From IMG/VR virus record IMGVR_UViG_3300021959_007005: DNA of 64,000 nt; one strand, given 5' to 3'. The notes under the pieces were generated by a model, which saw only the letters and a list, made by a program, of their open reading frames with translations, was not told where the DNA came from and searched no databases. The stretch comes from a virus. Lineage: Duplodnaviria > Caudoviricetes. How positions within the stretch are numbered: the stretch's first letter is position 1; every line of letters begins with the position of its first letter. The translations under genes and the position numbers were made by a program. This document shows positions 26,855 to 35,143 of this stretch, in pieces.

Positions 26855-27826
26855 ATGGACGCACTCACTTTATGGAGCCTACTTGGCTTCTTATTAGCTG
26901 CCTATGCAGTTATAGCAAACGATTCAGTACAAACGCTCGGTACTTGGATGGCATCAAACAATGAGCGATTCAACTACAAAGTATTATGGGGAGCCGCAAG
27001 TGCAGTGTTACTTGCAACCTTATGGTACGGTTGGACAGTAAATGGTGGGGACATCAGTTACGGAAGACTAAACAAAATACCGTGGCAAGAAGTACAATGG
27101 TATCACGCAGCCGCACCTGCTATTCTTGTAGCACTTACAAGGATGGGTGTACCAGTTAGCACAAGTTTCTTGGTGCTAAGTGTATTCGCAAGTACCTTTG
27201 TACTAGAGAAGATGCTGATGAAATCAATCATGGGCTACGGCGTTGCGGCGGGTTTTGCATATGTAGTATGGTTTGCAATACACAAGTACTTTGGACGCTG
27301 GTATGATGAAACTGCTCCAGTCACTGAAAGCAATAAGAAGTTCTGGCGCATCGCACAATGGGTAGCCACAGGTGGCTTATGGTGGACTTGGTTGTCACAT
27401 GATATGGCTAACATAGCTGTGTTCCTTCCAAGAGTCATTCCAGTTGATCTAATGTTAATGATCAGCGTAGTATTTGTTGCTGGTCTATTCTTTATGTTCA
27501 GAGAGCGTGGTGGTAAGATTCAACAGATTGTTTTAGAAAAACATAACACAAGATATGTTCGATCAGCAACATTGATTGACTTGTTCTATTGGTTGTGTCT
27601 TTACTTCTTCAAAGAGTTGAATGACATTCCTATGAGTACTACTTGGGTGTTTGTAGGCTTGTTAGCAGGACGTGAGTTGGCTATGGCGACATACTTTGGT
27701 AAGAAGAAAACTAAGTCTGTATTCCCATTGGTAGCAAAGGACTTTGGTAAGATGATGGTAGGCCTAGGTGCAAGTGTTGCACTAGTGCTGATGATCCATT
27801 ATATTATTGTACCTAACGGATTATAA
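26855..27826 (+). CDS. Multi-pass transporter, PiT/PHO4-like
   Basis: ANDSVQTLGT and SHDMAN signature-like repeats, PVSTS, PMSTT. Confidence 0.6.
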   Translation: MDALTLWSLLGFLLAAYAVIANDSVQTLGTWMASNNERFNYKVLWGAASAVLLATLWYGWTVNGGDISYGRLNKIPWQEVQWYHAAAPAILVALTRMGVPVSTSFLVLSVFASTFVLEKMLMKSIMGYGVAAGFAYVVWFAIHKYFGRWYDETAPVTESNKKFWRIAQWVATGGLWWTWLSHDMANIAVFLPRVIPVDLMLMISVVFVAGLFFMFRERGGKIQQIVLEKHNTRYVRSATLIDLFYWLCLYFFKELNDIPMSTTWVFVGLLAGRELAMATYFGKKKTKSVFPLVAKDFGKMMVGLGASVALVLMIHYIIVPNGL

Positions 27827-27842
27827 TTAATAAACATAGACT

Positions 27843-27870
27843 AAAAAGGCTCTTTAATAGGGCCTTTTTT
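27843..27870 (+). terminator. Intrinsic terminator
   Basis: AAAAAGGCTCT-TTAAT-AGGGCCTTTTTT. Confidence 0.75.
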
Positions 27871-27928
27871 CTTGACTTACGGTTATTATAGCGTATAATA
27901 AAAGTTGTTAATACTAGTAGGAATATGA

Positions 27929-28675
27929 ATGAAAATTGGAATAGCAGGTTATGGATTTGTTGGTAAAGCACACCATAATGTTTTAAAATCTCACCATGAT
28001 ATTGAAATATATGACCCAGCATTAAAGTATAAGAATTTTAATCAACCTGATGCAGTAATTATATGTGTGAGTACACCACAAGGTTCACATGGCGGCTGTC
28101 ATATGGACAATGTATATGATGTGGTTAGACTTGCACCTAATGTTCCAATACTGATTAAAAGTACAATTAGTTTAGAAGGTTGGCAAACACTAAAACATAT
28201 GTTTCCAAACAACAATTTTACATTTAGTCCAGAATTTCTTCGTGCAGATACTGCATTACAAGATTTCGCAAATACTAAAGAAATAATGATGGGTGGTGAC
28301 GATGTTACGTTTTGGGCAAACCTGTTTACAGGTGCCATGGATGTTAACGTTAATATTTTTAAACCTGAAGAGCTTATTCTTATAAAATACTTCCGCAACA
28401 GTTTCTTAGCAACTAAAGTTGCATTCTTTAATCAGATATCTGATTTGTGTAAAGTAACTAATATTGATTATAAAATAGTATCAGAATATATTGGAGCAGA
28501 TGAAAGAATTGGCAAAAGCCATACACAAGTAACATCAGAACGTGGATTTGGTGGACATTGTTTTCCTAAAGATACATTTGCTTTAGTAACTACAGCTAAA
28601 AAGAATGGATATAATTTATCTATCTTACAAGAAGCAATCAACTATAACAATAGCATACGAAAGGATGATACTTGA
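27929..28675 (+). CDS. Short UDP-glucose/GDP-mannose dehydrogenase family protein
   Basis: GYGFVG, SPEFLR, KYFRNSFLATKV, GFGGHCFPKD; no C-terminal UDP-binding domain. Confidence 0.85.
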   Translation: MKIGIAGYGFVGKAHHNVLKSHHDIEIYDPALKYKNFNQPDAVIICVSTPQGSHGGCHMDNVYDVVRLAPNVPILIKSTISLEGWQTLKHMFPNNNFTFSPEFLRADTALQDFANTKEIMMGGDDVTFWANLFTGAMDVNVNIFKPEELILIKYFRNSFLATKVAFFNQISDLCKVTNIDYKIVSEYIGADERIGKSHTQVTSERGFGGHCFPKDTFALVTTAKKNGYNLSILQEAINYNNSIRKDDT

Positions 28676-28705
28676 CAAATTTATGTCATAGTGTTATATT
28701 TAAAC

Positions 28706-28942
28706 ATGTTTACAGATTATACAGGAATGTCACAAGATCAACTAACAGAGAAATTATTAGAACTTCGAAAAAAACATAGTATAGCATACCAGACTGGTAT
28801 GTCACAGGATGTTGTAGATCAAATTCAGAATATGATAGATTATTTGCAGATACATATGAGATCTGAATTAGCAAGTGATGATTTACGCAAAGCACAAGAC
28901 GATGGTAAAGACCCTGATGAAGATGTGTTAAATATAGGATGA
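28706..28942 (+). CDS. Hypothetical protein
   Basis: Helical; start re-called. Confidence 0.55.
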   Translation: MFTDYTGMSQDQLTEKLLELRKKHSIAYQTGMSQDVVDQIQNMIDYLQIHMRSELASDDLRKAQDDGKDPDEDVLNIG

Positions 28943-29448
28943 AATTGAATAACTATAATGAAATTGTTGTTAAGGAAAATGATCTAGTGGAAGCAATGCT
29001 AGAAGGAAAAACCTTTGAAAAGGTTATAACTTATAACCCTGAAATTATTGACCAATTTAATCATTTTAGTACCTTATTTAAATTTGGTGATGAAATTGAA
29101 GTATCTAATCCTAGTAGAAATGGTGAGGATAAGTATAGTTATAAAAATGCTGACAATTGGTGGATACCAGAAGAATTTAAACAACTAAACATCGTGGATT
29201 ATATACTAGGACTAAGTCCTAGAGAAAATTATGACAGATGCGTTGAGGAACTTGAAGAATTTAAAAAGCGTGATATGTTTCCTGTACTAAAGTTTCTAGT
29301 ATATATGGTAGCTGAATTAAAAAGTAACAATATCTTGTGGGGTGTTGGCAGAGGAAGTAGCGTTTCAAGCTATATCTTGTATTTAATTGGTGTACATAAA
29401 GTTGATAGTATTAAATACGATTTAGACTATAAGGAGTTTTTAAGATGA
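28939..29448 (+). CDS. Stand-alone fragment of DNA polymerase III alpha (DnaE)
   Basis: WGVGRGSSVSSYILYLIGVHKVDSIKYDLDYKEFLR matches the GxGRGS...FERFL block. Confidence 0.8.
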   Translation: MKLNNYNEIVVKENDLVEAMLEGKTFEKVITYNPEIIDQFNHFSTLFKFGDEIEVSNPSRNGEDKYSYKNADNWWIPEEFKQLNIVDYILGLSPRENYDRCVEELEEFKKRDMFPVLKFLVYMVAELKSNNILWGVGRGSSVSSYILYLIGVHKVDSIKYDLDYKEFLR

Positions 29449-29870
29449 GTAGAGGAGTTAAAACAGCCCGTGGCAGAATTATTGACATGGCTAGTATGGC
29501 TATGAAGCATGAACAAACTAGAGCAGTGAGTAATGTTCTTATGAATGCTCGTGGTGACCGTCTTAATAATGACGGTAGTGTTAAAGTTAAAGTAGAAGAT
29601 ATTGCAGTAGCTCATCAAAATATGGTAGAGCCACCGCAACAACAACCCATTAGTGATACAAAGCCAATTGTACAAAAGACTACCCCACAGCCTGAACCAG
29701 AAGTAGAAACACCAACTATGCCTGATTTAGATGAAGAATTTGAACAAGAAAATATTCCAGAACCCGTAAGTAAAATTACTAGAACTAGACAAGACGGAAC
29801 AAAGTATGTCGAAATTGAATTCGATGACGGAAGCATCGAAACTTTAGAAATATCATTAGATGAGGAATAA
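29445..29870 (+). CDS. Conserved phage hypothetical protein
   Basis: KTARGRIIDM...MNARGD. Confidence 0.6.
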   Translation: MSRGVKTARGRIIDMASMAMKHEQTRAVSNVLMNARGDRLNNDGSVKVKVEDIAVAHQNMVEPPQQQPISDTKPIVQKTTPQPEPEVETPTMPDLDEEFEQENIPEPVSKITRTRQDGTKYVEIEFDDGSIETLEISLDEE

Positions 29871-31063
29871 TGACCAACATTAGCATAACCACCAGTCCAA
29901 CTGGTCGCAGTCCTGAGAACAAATACTTCTTTGGACATAAAACAAAATACTTAGACATGTCGAGGCCTAAGTATAATAAAATTGGTAAAGAACAAGACTT
30001 CAAAGACTTTCATAACGAAATGTATGAACTAGAATATAATCATAATCTTGTGTTTTATACATGTGGAATATGCTTTAGAGTAGAAACAAATGATGACAGA
30101 CATGCACAGTTTGTACGCAACATGTTTACTGTAGAGGAAAACGGATTAGAACACACAGCTGACTGGACAATACTACATAACACAGACCTAGTAGTTACTG
30201 AGCCCAAGATACATGTACACTTAAATGAACAAGTGATGCTTATTGCAGGCACTACTTTCTTAGGTGAGATTAAAAAAGGTGTGTTTGGTATTATTAGTTT
30301 TATGTTACCCGACAGTGGCTCACTTCCTATGCATTGTAGTGCATTTACCTACAATGATACAACAAACTTAATGTTTGGACTTAGTGGCACAGGCAAAACA
30401 ACACTTAGTAGTGATCCTGATTATCAGCTTATTAGTGATGACGAAGTTGCATGGGAACAAGACGGCATTCAAATGATTGAAACAGGATGCTATGCAAAGT
30501 CAGAAGGCCTTACACCAGAAACGCATCCAACTATTTTTAATGCAGTAGAACTTGCCCGTGAACGTGATACATTGGTTGTAGAAAACCCAGGTGTGTCAAA
30601 TGCTAGACTAAGTTATCCAATTGACTGTGTAGAAAATGCATATCACACATCAAAAATGTTCGACCATCCAACTAATATTTTCTTTTTAACAATGGATGCT
30701 AAAGGTGTATTTCCACCAGTAAGTAAAATTACAAACGGAACTATTAGACGTTTCTTTGAAACAGGATATACCAGTCAAATGCCAGGTACAGAAGCAGGAA
30801 CAGATGAAATTAAACCTTTGTTCTCACCTTGCTATGGTTCGCCATTTATGCCAAGAGCAGTAAAAGAGTATAGTGATTTATTAATACAAAAAGTACATGC
30901 CAACGACTGTAATGTGTATTTGATTAATACAGGCATGGATAGAGACGGTGTACGTTTTCCATTAGACTTTACTAGAGAATGTGTTAAAATGGCTATTAAC
31001 GAAGGTGCGCCTGATAATAGCAGTGCATGTTTAGAAATATTAGAAGAATTAATTAAGGAGTAA
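29870..31063 (+). CDS. pckA: ATP-dependent PEP carboxykinase, short form
   Basis: TGRSPENK, EIKKG, MHCSA, FGLSGTGKTTLS, SDDE, GCYAK, FSPCYGSPF, YLINTG. Confidence 0.9.
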   Translation: MTNISITTSPTGRSPENKYFFGHKTKYLDMSRPKYNKIGKEQDFKDFHNEMYELEYNHNLVFYTCGICFRVETNDDRHAQFVRNMFTVEENGLEHTADWTILHNTDLVVTEPKIHVHLNEQVMLIAGTTFLGEIKKGVFGIISFMLPDSGSLPMHCSAFTYNDTTNLMFGLSGTGKTTLSSDPDYQLISDDEVAWEQDGIQMIETGCYAKSEGLTPETHPTIFNAVELARERDTLVVENPGVSNARLSYPIDCVENAYHTSKMFDHPTNIFFLTMDAKGVFPPVSKITNGTIRRFFETGYTSQMPGTEAGTDEIKPLFSPCYGSPFMPRAVKEYSDLLIQKVHANDCNVYLINTGMDRDGVRFPLDFTRECVKMAINEGAPDNSSACLEILEELIKE

Positions 31064-31066
31064 ACG

Positions 31067-31390
31067 ATGAAAAATATTAGAGCAATTAGACATAGTGTGT
31101 TAGGATTTTTTGTTAACAAGCCAGGAGAATCAACAACAAAAGGCGGGGTTATTGTTTTAGACGATGACGGAAAAACTAGAGGAATTAAAAGCAGGTACTT
31201 TATTGTTCATAGTGTAGGTGACGACAACATAGTAACAAATGACATCAAAGAAGGTGATATTATTTGTGTAGCGCACGGACGTTGGACTCGTGGATTTGAT
31301 ATAGATCATCCTGAAGGTAAAAAGTTATACGGAATCGATCCCAAAGATATTATGGGAGTATATCACGGAAGTGTGGACGAGATTTATTAA
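31067..31390 (+). CDS. groES: GroES-like co-chaperonin
   Basis: GESTTKGGVIV mobile loop, VHSVG, IKEGDII. Confidence 0.7.
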   Translation: MKNIRAIRHSVLGFFVNKPGESTTKGGVIVLDDDGKTRGIKSRYFIVHSVGDDNIVTNDIKEGDIICVAHGRWTRGFDIDHPEGKKLYGIDPKDIMGVYHGSVDEIY

Positions 31391-31624
31391 ATGATAACTG
31401 CCGAACAGCTCGCTGATTTAGCTTTGGAAATTGACAAACGTGACCAAATTGATTGGGGCGAACTAGCTATTGACGAGCATACGGCATTTAAACTAATGGC
31501 AATGCATGTGCTTGATATGGATAATTGTCCATTGACAAATAAAGCAGTCATTGTTAAACTGTTAGTTGAAAACTTTGTTTTAAATCTTAAACTATTACAA
31601 AATTCTAAAAATTTAAGGCTATAA
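31391..31624 (+). CDS. Hypothetical protein
   Basis: IDWGEL...VKLLVENFVLNLKL. Confidence 0.55.
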   Translation: MITAEQLADLALEIDKRDQIDWGELAIDEHTAFKLMAMHVLDMDNCPLTNKAVIVKLLVENFVLNLKLLQNSKNLRL

Positions 31625-31625
31625 T

Positions 31626-32540
31626 ATGAAAGACATTTGGGTAGAAAAGTATCGCCCCGATACAGTTGAAGATTATGTATTTAAAGATAATGCACAAAAA
31701 AATCAAGTAAAGAGCTGGATTGCAGATGGGGGAATACCACATCTATTGTTTAGTGGCAGTGCTGGCACAGGTAAAACAACATTAGCAAAAGTGCTTATTA
31801 ATGACTTGGACGTACAGCCTGCTGATGTGCTTGTTATTAACGCAAGTCGCACAAATAGTGTTGATGATGTTAGAGAATCGATTATCAATTTTATACAAAC
31901 CATGCCTTGGGGTGACTTTAAGGTTGTGTTGCTTGATGAAGCTGATTATCTGTCACACCAAGCACAGGCAGCATTACGTGGAGTAATGGAAGAATACCAT
32001 TCAACAGCACGTTTTATTCTCACATGCAATTATCCCAACAAGATTATTCCAGCTATTCATAGTAGATGCCAAGGGTTTCATATTACTAGTTTGGATGAAA
32101 CAGACTTTACAGTACGTATTGCAGAAATACTTGTTGAAAATAAAGTACAATTTGAAATTGAAACACTTGATAGTTTTGTAAGAGCAACATATCCAGATAT
32201 GCGTAAAACTATTAATAATGTACAGATGGCAGTTGTTGATAATATACTAAACATTGGTGATGTATCTGAACAAGATACTGGTTGGCGCATTACTATGGTA
32301 GATTTGTTTAAGTCAGGTAAGATTTCTGAAGCACGTAAACTTATTGTTGCAAATGCTAGACAAGATGAGTATGAGGATATGTATCGTTGGCTTTATCGTA
32401 ATGTTAACTTTTTTGGTGATACTGATGATAAACATGACGAAGCGATTGTGGTGATCCGCAACAGTATGGTTAAACATACACAAGTTGCGGATCCTGAAAT
32501 TAATCTTAGTGCTACATTAATTGAGCTAGCTCAATTGTAA
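31626..32540 (+). CDS. Clamp-loader AAA+ subunit (gp44/RFC small-like)
   Basis: WVEKYRP, GSAGTGKTT, LLDEADYL, SRC. Confidence 0.92.
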   Translation: MKDIWVEKYRPDTVEDYVFKDNAQKNQVKSWIADGGIPHLLFSGSAGTGKTTLAKVLINDLDVQPADVLVINASRTNSVDDVRESIINFIQTMPWGDFKVVLLDEADYLSHQAQAALRGVMEEYHSTARFILTCNYPNKIIPAIHSRCQGFHITSLDETDFTVRIAEILVENKVQFEIETLDSFVRATYPDMRKTINNVQMAVVDNILNIGDVSEQDTGWRITMVDLFKSGKISEARKLIVANARQDEYEDMYRWLYRNVNFFGDTDDKHDEAIVVIRNSMVKHTQVADPEINLSATLIELAQL

Positions 32541-32541
32541 C

Positions 32542-32946
32542 CTACCAATCGTCATCCTTTGCGGCTTTTTTGGCTACTGGTTTAGATACTGCTTTAGCGG
32601 TGTACGCCTGTGATCCATAAAATGCAGCAACAATAGCAGCAACTGATACAAAATACACACTCGCCATATCTCCTAAAATTTCACTTGCTTGCACTAAGTT
32701 TAGTGCTACACCAATAACAACCGCAAATGGATACAACAACATTCCAGCTAGTGCAAACCATGCCATGTTACGCTGTGCATCTTGCTTTTTATCTTCATTC
32801 TCCATTGTTACTTTACGAAATTCAAGTTCCATAATTGCCTCAGCCTGTGCCATTTCATCGTCTGTAATAATACCATCGCCATCAGCATCTAATTGGTTAT
32901 ATTTAGATGATGATTCTAGTGTTTTAGCTTTTTTCGCTGCCGCCAT
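32542..32946 (-). CDS. EF-hand-like motif plus two TM helices (holin-like)
   Basis: LDADGDGIITDDE; two hydrophobic spans. Confidence 0.55.
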   Translation of the reverse strand: MAAAKKAKTLESSSKYNQLDADGDGIITDDEMAQAEAIMELEFRKVTMENEDKKQDAQRNMAWFALAGMLLYPFAVVIGVALNLVQASEILGDMASVYFVSVAAIVAAFYGSQAYTAKAVSKPVAKKAAKDDDW

Positions 32947-32987
32947 CGAGTTCTCCTTTGTCTTCTCTCAGGAGTATTTATTGCTAA

Positions 32988-34124
32988 TTACCAAAATTTA
33001 AGTTTCTTAGCTGCATGTTTTACTGCATTTTCTGCATCCCTTGCTGCTTTAGCTGCGGCATCTGCTTGTCTTTGAGCTTCTGCTGCAACACGTTTAGCTT
33101 CTTGTTCCGCCGCACGTTGTGCCGCAGCCGCTTGTTCTGCTGCCTGTTGAGCTGCAACCTGTGCTGCTTTCTGAGCAGCTCGGCGTTGAGATTCAGCCTC
33201 GGCTGCAACACGTTTTGCTTCTGCTTGTAATTCTCTATTATGACGTGCAAGAGCTTCAGCTGCTTCTCTAGCAGCCGCCTCGGCTTCTTTTTGTTGTTGC
33301 TTTATCATAGCAGCGGCACGATCTGCTTCTACTTGTGCGGCTTCCGCAGCCGCATCTGCTTGTTCTTTTGCTAATTTAGCAGTGTCATATGCTGCTTGAT
33401 GTGATGCTTCTGCAACTGCCTTTGAGGTTTGGGTGACTGCCTCTACTGCTGGTTTTGTATCCACACTAACACTAGCATCAATTTCAACACCTGCAAGTAA
33501 TTCAACTTCTCCACTAACACCGATAGTTGCAACACCATCTTCCATTGTTGCACCACCACCAACATCAGCACCTACTTGAGCACCAATACTTACACCAGCC
33601 CCAATGCTTCCGCCATTCCCTGCGTCATCATATGCACTAGTTGAGTTTTCAACCCCTACACCAACACCAGCATGAGCACCAGCCTCACCAGAAATACCAT
33701 CCATTCCAGCCTGTGCATGGGCACCTGCATCAGCTTCTGCAAAAGCGGTTGCTGATGACTCATTAGTAATAGTCACATCACCTACGTCTGCACTAGTACT
33801 TGTGCCAGCTTCAACACTGGCACCAGTTTCGGCACCAATATCAGCATATGCATTTCTATCATCTACACCAGCTTGTGCTTCTGCGGTTGCATGTACTTCT
33901 GCACCAACATGTGCTTCGTTTGTAATTTCAACATCACCAACAGTATCTGTTCTACTTGCACTTGCTCCAGTTTCGGCATGTGCTTCAGCAGTTGCCGCAA
34001 CACTTGAATCAGTTACTTCAGCACTTGCACTTGCTCCAGCTTCAGCATGTGCTTCTACATCAGCCCCTGCTACAAATGCCTCCGCTTTTTCCTGTTTACT
34101 CAACTCGACTTTATCTTCGCTCAT
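32988..34124 (-). CDS. Ala/Gly-rich beta-repeat protein with Ala/Glu/Gln coiled-coil tail
   Basis: AEAHAE.GASAS-type strands; KRVAAEA repeats. Confidence 0.65.
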   Translation of the reverse strand: MSEDKVELSKQEKAEAFVAGADVEAHAEAGASASAEVTDSSVAATAEAHAETGASASRTDTVGDVEITNEAHVGAEVHATAEAQAGVDDRNAYADIGAETGASVEAGTSTSADVGDVTITNESSATAFAEADAGAHAQAGMDGISGEAGAHAGVGVGVENSTSAYDDAGNGGSIGAGVSIGAQVGADVGGGATMEDGVATIGVSGEVELLAGVEIDASVSVDTKPAVEAVTQTSKAVAEASHQAAYDTAKLAKEQADAAAEAAQVEADRAAAMIKQQQKEAEAAAREAAEALARHNRELQAEAKRVAAEAESQRRAAQKAAQVAAQQAAEQAAAAQRAAEQEAKRVAAEAQRQADAAAKAARDAENAVKHAAKKLKFW

Positions 34125-34160
34125 AAATCTTCTCCTATAATAAGTTTATTATGTATGTAG

Positions 34161-34820
34161 TTATTTATTCATATCATTGAGAGGATTATCAAGTGCTTCG
34201 TCTATTCTTTCATTAACCTTGCTATCTAATTTACTCATTTCCTTATCAATACGTTCTTCGGTTTCACGCATATTATCCCTAACATCTTTTTCTGACTCTC
34301 TAACAGTATTTTCAATTTCACGTAGTGTTGCACTAGTCTCAACTCTAATGACATCCATTTGTGTTCTAATAATTTCTAATGTATTATTAATTTCTTGTTG
34401 TGTTGCTTTAAGTCTGGATTCACTTGCTTCTAATTGGTTCTCAATATTATCTTCTGTTTTCTTAACTCTCAATTCAGTACTATCAGTTGCCGCTTCTAGA
34501 CTTTGTATGTCAGCTTTAAGTTGGTTTCTAATATCTCTTGTATAGTCCAGAGCCTTAATTACTGAATCATCAATTGCAATTAACTTAGTTGCATTTGTTT
34601 GTTCAACTCTTTCTAATTGAGAATTTAACACACTTAGTTGCTCCTGCAATCCACTAAGATCTGGAGCAACATATTCTTGTATCTGTTCTTTCATATTTCT
34701 ATAATCGTTATAAAATTCAAACCCACCCCATGCAACTCCACCCAATGTGCTGAGTGCAGTTATAACAGCAAACATCTTGCCACCTGTAAATTTTACTCCA
34801 CCTACTTCTACTTCGGCCAT
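34161..34820 (-). CDS. Membrane-anchored coiled-coil protein
   Basis: N-terminal TM LSTLGGVAWGGFEFY then heptads. Confidence 0.65.
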   Translation of the reverse strand: MAEVEVGGVKFTGGKMFAVITALSTLGGVAWGGFEFYNDYRNMKEQIQEYVAPDLSGLQEQLSVLNSQLERVEQTNATKLIAIDDSVIKALDYTRDIRNQLKADIQSLEAATDSTELRVKKTEDNIENQLEASESRLKATQQEINNTLEIIRTQMDVIRVETSATLREIENTVRESEKDVRDNMRETEERIDKEMSKLDSKVNERIDEALDNPLNDMNK

Positions 34821-34822
34821 AT

Positions 34823-35143
34823 TTAATCTCCTATTGGTATTTCTAATCCAAAAACAATTCCTACTTGTCTGCCATTTTCAATCCCAGGCATAACAAACCA
34901 ATTGTCTTTCTTCCATCTTATCATTGGCGTAATTTTGTAATCAGTATAGCCAGTAATCATTCCTACTTCTATATTTTCAAAAATATTTACCCCAGTGTAT
35001 ATACTTACTTTATTTTCGCTGTTTAAAAACACTCCAGCAAATATTTGTTCTTGTGTACATCTAAAATTTGGATGTATTTGGTTATAATCATATTCAAACC
35101 CCACATGCATACTCAATCCTAAACTAATTAGACATTCAATCAT
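34823..35143 (-). CDS. Small predicted beta-barrel/outer-membrane protein
   Basis: Alternating beta pattern; FLNSE, GMITGY. Confidence 0.45.
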   Translation of the reverse strand: MIECLISLGLSMHVGFEYDYNQIHPNFRCTQEQIFAGVFLNSENKVSIYTGVNIFENIEVGMITGYTDYKITPMIRWKKDNWFVMPGIENGRQVGIVFGLEIPIGD

